A stretch of 64,000 bases of DNA from a virus, in IMG/VR virus record IMGVR_UViG_3300006163_000001. One strand, written 5' to 3'. The position numbers and the translations under genes were made by a program. Below are positions 15,626-22,868 of this stretch, one piece after another. Positions within the stretch are counted from its first letter, which is position 1, and each line of letters starts with the position of its first letter. Below the pieces are notes generated by a model. The model saw only the letters and a list, made by a program, of their open reading frames with translations, searched no databases and was not told where the DNA came from.

Positions 15626-16735
15626 ATGCCTGCCTTTCCTGTTTCACCGAACACGGTGCTGGCCAACGCGCTCAGTTGCGCCGAGGACGTGCTGACGCCT
15701 CGTATCCGCACCGCCGAGCCGGAGCGGATCGTGTTCGTGGTGGGCACGCAGATCAACGGCGTTCCGCACCTCGGTACTTCGCTGGTGCAGTCTCTGACGT
15801 TCGCTGCCGCGGGCCGAGTCCGCGAGCGCTTCGGCATCCCTGTCGAGGTGGTGTTTGGCGCGCTCGACAACGCGCCGCACGAGATCGTCGTGGATCCGGT
15901 GTCGGGGCACCGGTACCAGCGGGCCTACGCGCACGCGCTCGGCGAGGATGCTCTCGCCGGCCAGGTCGAGGAGCTGTATCGGCCGCTGTTTGAGGCTCTG
16001 TCCGAGCGGTTGTCGATCCCGTACTCGATCGAGCTGTACTCGCGGCAGCAGGCCGACGGGCACTTCCGGCAGACGTGGCTGCGTGCTCACCGCCGCATCG
16101 ACGCTGCCCGCTGGTGGCTGGACCCGGCGCACGGCACTCCGCATGTCCGTGTGCCATGCACTGAGCCGGGCTGCGGGTGGGCCGAAAAGTACGCCGACCG
16201 CACCCGCATCCTGCTGGGCGACGAGCACGCCCTGGTGCACGCTGTCTGCCTGCATCACGGCCCATACGAGGTCACCATCACCCTGGGCGGGGGCGGGTAT
16301 CTCGATCTCGCGACGCTGTACCGGAACCTCGTGAAGGAGCTCGCGGCGACCGCGGACCGCGACCGGCTGTCCGTCATGGTGAAGGGTGGCGACTGGGTGT
16401 TCGGGTCGACTCTGGTCGACAACGCCCTGGCCGCAATCGGGCTTACGGCCGGCCAGCTGCCAACGCGGCTGTTCTGTCCGCAGGTCGTCACGGACACCGG
16501 GGCGAAACTGTCCAAGTCCCTGATCCGCGAGGGGCGCGCGTCGTTGCCCGCTGGCTCCGCGCCGTGGATGCTCGATACCCGACTGTGGCCGGGGTCGTTG
16601 TCTGAGTACGCCGATCGGCTGTTGGAGATGGCCGCAGTGTTCTTCAGCGATCCTCGGCATTTTTTCCGTTCGTATTCGGCCGGAGAGCTCGGCCGTCTGA
16701 TGGCCCATTCGACAAGGAGCGTCACGACCCTATGA
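15626..16735 (+). CDS. class-I aminoacyl-tRNA-synthetase-like catalytic-domain protein (class-I LysRS-like), no recognisable anticodon-binding domain
   Basis: ATG preceded by GGGGAG. HIGH-like motif NGVPHLGT, KMSKS-like motif GAKLSKS, and a Cys/His insertion CTEPGCGW...VCLHHG. Only 369 aa. Confidence 0.7.
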   Translation: MPAFPVSPNTVLANALSCAEDVLTPRIRTAEPERIVFVVGTQINGVPHLGTSLVQSLTFAAAGRVRERFGIPVEVVFGALDNAPHEIVVDPVSGHRYQRAYAHALGEDALAGQVEELYRPLFEALSERLSIPYSIELYSRQQADGHFRQTWLRAHRRIDAARWWLDPAHGTPHVRVPCTEPGCGWAEKYADRTRILLGDEHALVHAVCLHHGPYEVTITLGGGGYLDLATLYRNLVKELAATADRDRLSVMVKGGDWVFGSTLVDNALAAIGLTAGQLPTRLFCPQVVTDTGAKLSKSLIREGRASLPAGSAPWMLDTRLWPGSLSEYADRLLEMAAVFFSDPRHFFRSYSAGELGRLMAHSTRSVTTL

Positions 16736-17088
16736 GCACCACCAGGACCGCCCGTAGACACGAACTCAACCTGTACCGCCGCTATTTCGAGCTGGTCGCG
16801 GCGGGCCGCAAGTCGATCGAGGTACGGGTTCGGTATCCGCATCTCGCGGACATGGCGGCGGGCGACGTGATCCGCTTTCGGATCAAGGGTACCGACGAGA
16901 CGTGCGACGTGCTCGTGAAGCGGGTGACTGCTTACGACGGCTTCGAGGCGCTGCTCGACGGCGAGGGCCCGGCGAACGTGAACCCGGCGGCGGGCCGCGA
17001 GGAGCAGCTTGCGAACATTCGCGGGATCTACCCGCCGGAGAAGGAGGCGCTCGGAGCCCTCGCAATCGAGATCGAACTACTCGAATAG
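16732..17088 (+). CDS. ASCH (PUA-like fold) domain protein
   Basis: ATGA overlap with the upstream gene. LNLYRRYFELVAAGRKSIEVRV...GDVIRF...VKRVTAY is typical ASCH architecture. Confidence 0.75.
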   Translation: MSTTRTARRHELNLYRRYFELVAAGRKSIEVRVRYPHLADMAAGDVIRFRIKGTDETCDVLVKRVTAYDGFEALLDGEGPANVNPAAGREEQLANIRGIYPPEKEALGALAIEIELLE

Positions 17089-17143
17089 GCGCCTGGAATA
17101 GGCCACTTGAGTGACAGGTGGCCCGTAGAATGAGAGCAAAAAG

Positions 17144-17179
17144 AAGCGGCCGGACGGGGCTCATTCCGTCCGGCCGCTT
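17144..17179 (+). terminator. strong stem-loop terminator closing the plus-strand cassette
   Basis: AAGCGGCCGGACGG-ggctcatt-CCGTCCGGCCGCTT, 14-bp perfect stem, A-run before and T-run after. Confidence 0.75.
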
Positions 17180-17332
17180 TCGCAATGGGCGGGGCACCAC
17201 CCCCGCTGCCACCAATCACCTGCTGACCGACCGTCGCCAGATAGCCGAGCAGCGTCCCGACCTAGCAGAAAGCCGAGCACTACCCATGACGATAGCGAAC
17301 TGCGCCCACGCCTGCCAGACGGGGGCGGGCGA

Positions 17333-17677
17333 GTGTTGATAGTCCGCCGCTCGAAGCTGCGTAAGGGTTTTTCGCAGCCTCCGAACGAGATGGTGTTCGA
17401 CGAGCGACTGAGCATGCTGGCCAGGATGGTTCTGGTCGAGATCATTGCGAGGCCGCCCGGCTGGCAGACGAATGCGCAGCAGATGTGGGAGAAGGCGTAC
17501 CGGAACCGTGGCGCGCGAGCCGAGGGCAAGCGCGCCTACCGGACAGCGTTCGCAGAGCTGGAGGAGTACGGCTACATGACGCGGGAGACCAAGAAGATTC
17601 CTGCCGGAGAGCCTGGTGGGGGCGGCTTCGTCACGGTACTCACCGCATACGACCTTCCTCGCAAAGCAGACAATTAG
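17333..17677 (+). CDS. winged-helix DNA-binding protein (replication-initiator/DnaD-N-like HTH)
   Basis: Pattern GFSQPPNEMVFDERLSMLARMVLVEI...AFAELEEYGYMTRE. Start (GTG 17333) is uncertain. Weaker GC3 bias than neighbouring genes. Confidence 0.6.
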   Translation: MLIVRRSKLRKGFSQPPNEMVFDERLSMLARMVLVEIIARPPGWQTNAQQMWEKAYRNRGARAEGKRAYRTAFAELEEYGYMTRETKKIPAGEPGGGGFVTVLTAYDLPRKADN

Positions 17678-17782
17678 AGGACGCAGCCAGCGGACCCCTC
17701 GCGGACCGGACCCTCCGGGTTGGAGATAGCCCGCCGCGGACAGTCCGCCAGCGGGTCCCTATTAAGAACACGGGCTACCTAA

Positions 17783-19441
17783 CCTCGCGCTTTCATGAGG
17801 TGGCCTGTCCGCAGGCTGATCAGAAACACAGAAAGTGCTCTTGACCTGCAACGATAGGACTTGCTGAGGGTCCTGTTGGCTGCGAGGGAAAGAGCACTTT
17901 CCGGGTGAGAGAGCCTATCGCGTCGTACCCGCGTGTCCGTGTCCAGGGAGACGGCCGCCAGGTGGTCTCGCAGGCTGGCTCGGTCCTGCTGGTGGAGACG
18001 GTCCGTAGAACCGGCCTCGACCAGGCGATATCCGCGGCGCTGGCACCGTGGCGCAAATCCCGGGCCGTCCATGATCCGGGGAAGATCCTCCTGGACGTCG
18101 CACTGGCGGTCGCGCTGGGCGGGGACTGCCTGGCCGATGTCGGCATGCTGCGGGCCGAGCCCGCCGTGTTCGGGCCGGTCGCCTCCGACCCGACGGTCTC
18201 CCGCCTGGTCGACACCCTTGCAGCCTCCGGAGAGAAAGCTCTGCGGGCGATCCGTGCCGCGCGGGCCGAAGCACGCCAGTGGGCCTGGCAGTTGGCCGAC
18301 GGGAAAGCGCCCGATGCGGGCAGGGCGGTGACCGTCGATCTCGACGGGGTGCTGGTGATCGCGCACTCGGACAAGGAGGACGCCGCACCGACGTGGAAGA
18401 GAACCTACGGTCACCACCCGCTGATGGGGTTCGTCGACCACGGACCGGGCGGCACCGGTGAGCCGGTGGCGGCCCTGCTCAGGCCGGGGAACGCGGGATC
18501 GAACACGGCCGCCGACCACATCACCGCCACCCAACTGGCCCTGGCTCAACTGCCGAAGAAGTACCGGCGCGGACGCCAGACTCTGATACGCACCGACTCC
18601 GCGGGCGGCACCCACGACTTCGTCGCCTGGCTCGCCCAGCGAGGACGGTGGCTGTCCTACTCGGTCGGCATGGTGATCACGGACACGATCCACCAGCACG
18701 TGCTGAAGGTTCCGGCGTCGGCCTGGACGCCCGCCGTCGAGGCCGACGGGGAGATCCGTGACGGCGCCTGGGTCGCCGAACTCACCGGCGATGTCCTGGA
18801 CGGCTGGCCGAAGGGCATACGGCTGATCGTCAGGAAAGAACGACCGCACCCTGGAGCTCAGTTGAGGCTCACGGACGCGGACGGCATGCGGCTGACCTGT
18901 TTCGCCACCAACACCTCCGGCCGGCCGATCGCCGAACTCGAGCTCCGTCACCGGCTGCGGGCCCGGGCCGAGGACCGCATCCGGGCTGCCCGGGCCACCG
19001 GCCTGCGGAATCTCCCTTTGCACCGCACCGCCCAGAACCGGATCTGGCTGGAGATCGCCCAGATCGCACTGGACCTGCTGGCCTGGATGCCGATGCTCGC
19101 ACTGACCGGCACGGCCAGGCTCTGGGAGCCCCGCCGACTGCGGCTCCGTCTTTTCACCACGGCCGGACAACTCGTGAACACCGGCCGTCGGCGGATCCTC
19201 CGCCTGGCCCGGCACTGGCCCTGGACCAGCCACATCACCACAGCTCTCGAGCGGCTCGCACTCCTGCCGAACCCCGGCTGACCAACGGATTCCCGTCCCT
19301 ACGACAGCAGCTCAACACTCGGAGCAGTGGAACCCGGCGCCACCCCGAGGCGACACTCGGGCCCTGGGCCTGCACAGCCTTCGCCCACGGCACGAAAACG
19401 GTCCACCGACTCCGTCGGCGGACCGTCACGAAACTTCGAGG
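17783..19441 (+). mobile_element. IS1380-family insertion sequence (1659 bp) with 4-bp target-site duplication
   Basis: Imperfect terminal IRs CCTCGCGCTTTCATGAGG / CCTCGAAGTTTCGTGACG (rc). CTAA direct repeats at 17779-17782 and 19442-19445. Single transposase ORF. Confidence 0.85.
17905..19281 (+). CDS. IS1380-family (DDE) transposase
   Basis: 458 aa with the characteristic N-terminus ...VQGDGRQVVSQAGSVLLVETVRRTGLD and overall family resemblance. A 12-bp IR (17831-17842 / 17890-17901) lies just upstream of the GTG. Confidence 0.9.
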   Translation: MREPIASYPRVRVQGDGRQVVSQAGSVLLVETVRRTGLDQAISAALAPWRKSRAVHDPGKILLDVALAVALGGDCLADVGMLRAEPAVFGPVASDPTVSRLVDTLAASGEKALRAIRAARAEARQWAWQLADGKAPDAGRAVTVDLDGVLVIAHSDKEDAAPTWKRTYGHHPLMGFVDHGPGGTGEPVAALLRPGNAGSNTAADHITATQLALAQLPKKYRRGRQTLIRTDSAGGTHDFVAWLAQRGRWLSYSVGMVITDTIHQHVLKVPASAWTPAVEADGEIRDGAWVAELTGDVLDGWPKGIRLIVRKERPHPGAQLRLTDADGMRLTCFATNTSGRPIAELELRHRLRARAEDRIRAARATGLRNLPLHRTAQNRIWLEIAQIALDLLAWMPMLALTGTARLWEPRRLRLRLFTTAGQLVNTGRRRILRLARHWPWTSHITTALERLALLPNPG

Positions 19442-19537
19442 CTAATACGGATCTACCAAACCTGCTGGCTAGCAATATTCGGGGGCGCAGCCCGGCCTCA
19501 GTGCGTGCGTGCGCGCGAGGCGAACGAAAGGAACCCG

Positions 19538-19822
19538 ATGATGAAGAAGATCGTTCGCGTGGAGCCGAGCATCCTCGACAGCGTGCTGCGGGACCCGTTC
19601 GAACCGATGACTTACTTCCCGAACGAGCTGATCCACCGACGAGACGTGAGCCTTGCGGCGCTCGGGCTGCTACTGGAACTGGCGGCAACCGAAGGCGACT
19701 TCGACGTCGAGGCCGCGCGGGCGCAGGAGTTGAAGCGGCGGGCTACGGGCCTTGAGCCGGAAGACGTCGACGAGTTGCTCAGCGAGCTGGAGGCGGCCGG
19801 CTACATCACCGTCGGCGAGTGA
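19538..19822 (+). CDS. hypothetical winged-helix-like protein (94 aa)
   Basis: ATG preceded by AAAGGAA. C-terminal ELLSELEAAGYITVGE resembles a wHTH wing. Confidence 0.55.
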   Translation: MMKKIVRVEPSILDSVLRDPFEPMTYFPNELIHRRDVSLAALGLLLELAATEGDFDVEAARAQELKRRATGLEPEDVDELLSELEAAGYITVGE

Positions 19823-19951
19823 CGCTCTGACGCCCCACGCACCCCGCCCGTCAAGCATGGCCGGCGTTTCCCGCGCGCGCCCTTGCTGGAGCCTGGCCTT
19901 CCGCGGACACTCTGCCGGTCAACTGGCGGAAGGCTTCGGGGGGTTGGGGCT

Positions 19952-20272
19952 ATGGAGTGTCCGACATGCAAGTCCACGCACGTGCAGCTGCTGCGCGGCT
20001 ACTGGAACGATTTGCCCGCGGAGTCGCCGAACCGGGGCCGGTACGCACCACCGGATGAGCCGGACGTTCGGCAGTGGCTGGGTGTGCTGGCGGTGGTGGC
20101 CGGCATCTACATCGCGGTCACCGGCAGTGTCGGCTACGGCCTGTTGATCGCGCTGGCGGGTCTGTTGTGGGGGGCGTGGATGGCGGCTCAGGTGCAGCGG
20201 TACCGGGTGGCGTTAGCGGTGTACAACGCGTCGGTGATCTGCAAGGCGGAGTACCGCACGTTCGTGCCGTAG
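19952..20272 (+). CDS. zinc-ribbon membrane protein (106 aa)
   Basis: Internal ATG (MECPTCKSTH), followed by two TM segments. Confidence 0.6.
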   Translation: MECPTCKSTHVQLLRGYWNDLPAESPNRGRYAPPDEPDVRQWLGVLAVVAGIYIAVTGSVGYGLLIALAGLLWGAWMAAQVQRYRVALAVYNASVICKAEYRTFVP

Positions 20273-20284
20273 CGCGCAGCAGGG

Positions 20285-20307
20285 AGCCCCGGCCGTCGGC
20301 CGGGGCT
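20285..20307. terminator. bidirectional stem-loop between convergent genes
   Basis: AGCCCCGGCC-gtc-GGCCGGGGCT, 10-bp stem. Confidence 0.65.
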
Positions 20308-20310
20308 TCG

Positions 20311-21003
20311 TCATTCGCCCGCCTTGCGTAGGTCCCAGGTCCGGTCGTCGACGGCGGCTTCGTCGACAGTCGGCCCGTCGTTGTGGCCGGCTGCCGCCCC
20401 GCCGAACATGGTCGTGATCTCGCTGTACAGGCCGGGGTTGCTGCTGGCCAACTGCCGTCCGCATTGCGCGCCCTTCAGCCATTCCCGCACGTCGCCGGTG
20501 GTGATCTGCCGGTGTTCACGGTCGGCGATGTTGCAGCATTCGCCAACGAAGTCGAGGGCGTCCTGGGCGCGGTAGAGCTGGATGCTGAGGTCGTCGGCGA
20601 GGCTGCGGGCCTCGTCGGCGGTGAGGCCCGCGCCGTCGGCCGGTTCGGCGGCCCGTCCGACGCGGGTGCGGGCTTCACGGATGATGTCGCCGACCCCCCA
20701 GCCGTGGCCGCCGGCGTCGACGTGGTCGAGCATGGCGTCGATGTGCCGGCGAATGCGGTGTATGTCGTCGTCGGTGACGGTGTGGATGTGCCCGCAGGGC
20801 TGCACGGTGAGGCGGGTTTCGGTGGCGAACCCGCGGCGAATGTTCACGGTGTCCGCGGTGTGCACGCTGCTCCGGCAGGTGGGGCAGGGCGGGAACGGCA
20901 TCAACAGGATCCGGATCCCGGCCCGCTGCTGCCGGATACGGCAGTCGAGCACGACCGCCCAGGCCAGCAAGTCGGCGTCGGGCATGGGGTGCGGGGCGGT
21001 CAC
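20311..21003 (-). CDS. hypothetical protein
   Basis: 230-aa ORF. GTG start overlaps the upstream stop (GTGA). Confidence 0.75.
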   Translation of the reverse strand: MTAPHPMPDADLLAWAVVLDCRIRQQRAGIRILLMPFPPCPTCRSSVHTADTVNIRRGFATETRLTVQPCGHIHTVTDDDIHRIRRHIDAMLDHVDAGGHGWGVGDIIREARTRVGRAAEPADGAGLTADEARSLADDLSIQLYRAQDALDFVGECCNIADREHRQITTGDVREWLKGAQCGRQLASSNPGLYSEITTMFGGAAAGHNDGPTVDEAAVDDRTWDLRKAGE

Positions 21004-21455
21004 GGCTGCTCCTGGGTGTCGGTCGCTTGTGCCGCTGCCGCCTCGGGCGTGGGGCCGTCGATACGGTTACGGAGGTCGGTGGCGAGGGCGTTGTACAGCC
21101 GCCGGTCGTCTTGCTTGAGGGCGTTTTCGCCGAACTCTTCGAGCCGGCTAGCGAGCGCGTGCACCCGTTTGAGTGCGGCTTCGGCGGTCTCGGCGCGCAT
21201 GGTCTCGGCGTAGCTGCTGTCGAGGGCGCGGGCGCAGGAGGCGCAGGTGGTGTGCCAGTTGATGATGTGGTCGATCTCGGCGATCTTGGCGCGGAGTCGG
21301 TCGTTTTCGCTGTCCAGCGCGGCGACCTTCGCGGCATGCCGCTCGTCGGAGCAGATCAGCGGCATGTTGCCGCCGGTTGCTGCGCCGGTGCCGGTCTGCG
21401 GGTTGACGATGAAGCCGAGCGACGGGGCGTGCGGGTCGATCGGGACGTCGGTCAT
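21000..21455 (-). CDS. hypothetical coiled-coil protein
   Basis: 151-aa ORF with ATGA overlap upstream. Confidence 0.75.
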   Translation of the reverse strand: MTDVPIDPHAPSLGFIVNPQTGTGAATGGNMPLICSDERHAAKVAALDSENDRLRAKIAEIDHIINWHTTCASCARALDSSYAETMRAETAEAALKRVHALASRLEEFGENALKQDDRRLYNALATDLRNRIDGPTPEAAAAQATDTQEQP

Positions 21456-21712
21456 GCGGCGGTCTCCTTTGCGGGTTCGAGGTCGAGTTCGTCGAAGCGG
21501 ATGACGGCGCGCCGTAGGGCGATGACGACGGCGTGTGTGCGGGATCGGGCGCCGAGGCGGACTTGGGCTTCCTTGAGCCGCAGGTGGACGCCTTGTTCGG
21601 TGGTGTCGAGGCGGGCGGCGATCTGCCGGGATGTATAGCCGGATGCGGCGAGGCGGAGGGCGGCGATCTGCCCGGGGCTGAGGGGCTTGCCGGTGTAGCC
21701 GGGGGATCTCAC
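21452..21712 (-). CDS. LuxR/GerE-type HTH protein (86 aa)
   Basis: GTG preceded by GGGGAGGAG. LSPGQIAALRLAASGYTSRQIAARLDTTEQGVHLRLKEA. Confidence 0.75.
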   Translation of the reverse strand: MRSPGYTGKPLSPGQIAALRLAASGYTSRQIAARLDTTEQGVHLRLKEAQVRLGARSRTHAVVIALRRAVIRFDELDLEPAKETAA

Positions 21713-21906
21713 GTTGCTCCTCCCCCGCGCCGTGCTGCTGTTCGTTCGCGTCGGGCGTCGGCTGCGGCCATGCGCATGAGTGCGCGTTCGATGACGACGG
21801 CGCGGACTTGTCCGGCGTAGCGGCCGTCGAGGATCCGCTCGGAGGTGTGGGTGATCAGTTCGCGGGCCTGCGAGCGGCGCTTCGGGGTCGGCTGGGTGTC
21901 GGTCAT
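21709..21906 (-). CDS. hypothetical protein (65 aa)
   Basis: Internal ATG (MTDTQPTPKRR) with overlaps on both sides. Confidence 0.55.
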   Translation of the reverse strand: MTDTQPTPKRRSQARELITHTSERILDGRYAGQVRAVVIERALMRMAAADARRERTAARRGGGAT

Positions 21907-22334
21907 CGTGCGCGCCTTCCTGCGGCGAAGCCCCGGGCGTAGGCGTCGTCGTCGGGCTTGGGCCGGACGTTGAGCCGGATGCCGCTCTTCTGCTTGCCGC
22001 TGCCCCAAGGCAGCGCGAGCCCATCGCCCTTGGAGCGAGGAACCAGGTGCAGATGAAGATGCTTCACCGTCTGGGTCGCTTCCCGACCGCGGCTGGTGAT
22101 CAGGTTCACCGGGCCTATCTCGTCGGCGAGTTGGGCGGCGCGGCGCATGGTGGCGGCGGACACGATCGGGTCGGCGACGAAGTCGGTGACGTGTGTCTTC
22201 GGGATGACGAGGGTGTGGCCGTCGACTACGGGGTTGAGTGGGACGATCGCGATGGCGTCGGACCACTCGTGGACGAACGTGGCTGGCGCGCGTCCGGTGT
22301 TGATCTCGCAGAACGGACAGGGCTGGTCGGTCAC
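21903..22334 (-). CDS. HIT (histidine triad) family nucleotide hydrolase/transferase
   Basis: CPFCEI N-terminal motif and histidine triad HLHLHLVPR. GTG start. Confidence 0.85.
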   Translation of the reverse strand: MTDQPCPFCEINTGRAPATFVHEWSDAIAIVPLNPVVDGHTLVIPKTHVTDFVADPIVSAATMRRAAQLADEIGPVNLITSRGREATQTVKHLHLHLVPRSKGDGLALPWGSGKQKSGIRLNVRPKPDDDAYARGFAAGRRAR

Positions 22335-22501
22335 AGGAGGTCGCCTTTCACGGTGACGTCGGTCATGTGGTCGAGGTCGTGGCCGGTGAGGCCGTTGCCC
22401 CACAGGTCCGGGTAGCGGCACCACGGCCCGTCGCCTTCGTCGTCGGGGTCGGGGTCGAAGGCGGACGCGGGGAGTTCGCTGGCGGTCCACAGGACGGTCA
22501 T
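22331..22501 (-). CDS. small acidic protein (56 aa; not in ORF track)
   Basis: MTVLWTASELPASAFDPDPDDEGDGPWCRYPDLWG... GTGA overlap with the HIT gene. Confidence 0.45.
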   Translation of the reverse strand: MTVLWTASELPASAFDPDPDDEGDGPWCRYPDLWGNGLTGHDLDHMTDVTVKGDLL

Positions 22502-22646
22502 CGCTCGCCCCCGAAGCCCTGTGCGCCCGCCTGGAGCCCGTTAGGGCACTCCGGACGTCGCGAGGCACCGACGAGCGGGGTTGAGGCGCTCTCAGGGCCG
22601 TCTGAGCCGCTTCTCGGGGCTGAGTTGGTGGGGTGGGGATCTGCAC

Positions 22647-22868
22647 TCACGACTCATCTCCCGGTTCTGTGACGGTTTGCGGCATTTCGACACCCATGCG
22701 GAACGCGGCCAGCTCCACCGCCTCCGCAATCGACAACTCGCCGTCCGACTCAGCCCACATCTGCGCCGCCCGCCGCGACAGTTCGTCAGCAACCGCCTGC
22801 ACCTCCGGCGGCATCGGAGCCCGACCCCTCCGGCTCCGGCGGCCAGGCGTGAACTCGTGACCCGTCAC
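22647..22868 (-). CDS. hypothetical protein (73 aa)
   Basis: GTG overlapping the upstream stop (GTGA). Confidence 0.5.
   Translation of the reverse strand: MTGHEFTPGRRSRRGRAPMPPEVQAVADELSRRAAQMWAESDGELSIAEAVELAAFRMGVEMPQTVTEPGDES

Noticed and set aside
17161-17529. Listed 122-aa minus-strand ORF between the cassette terminator and the wHTH gene.
   Set aside because: It runs through the 14-bp-stem terminator and overlaps the plus-strand wHTH gene. Its codon bias and composition are poor.
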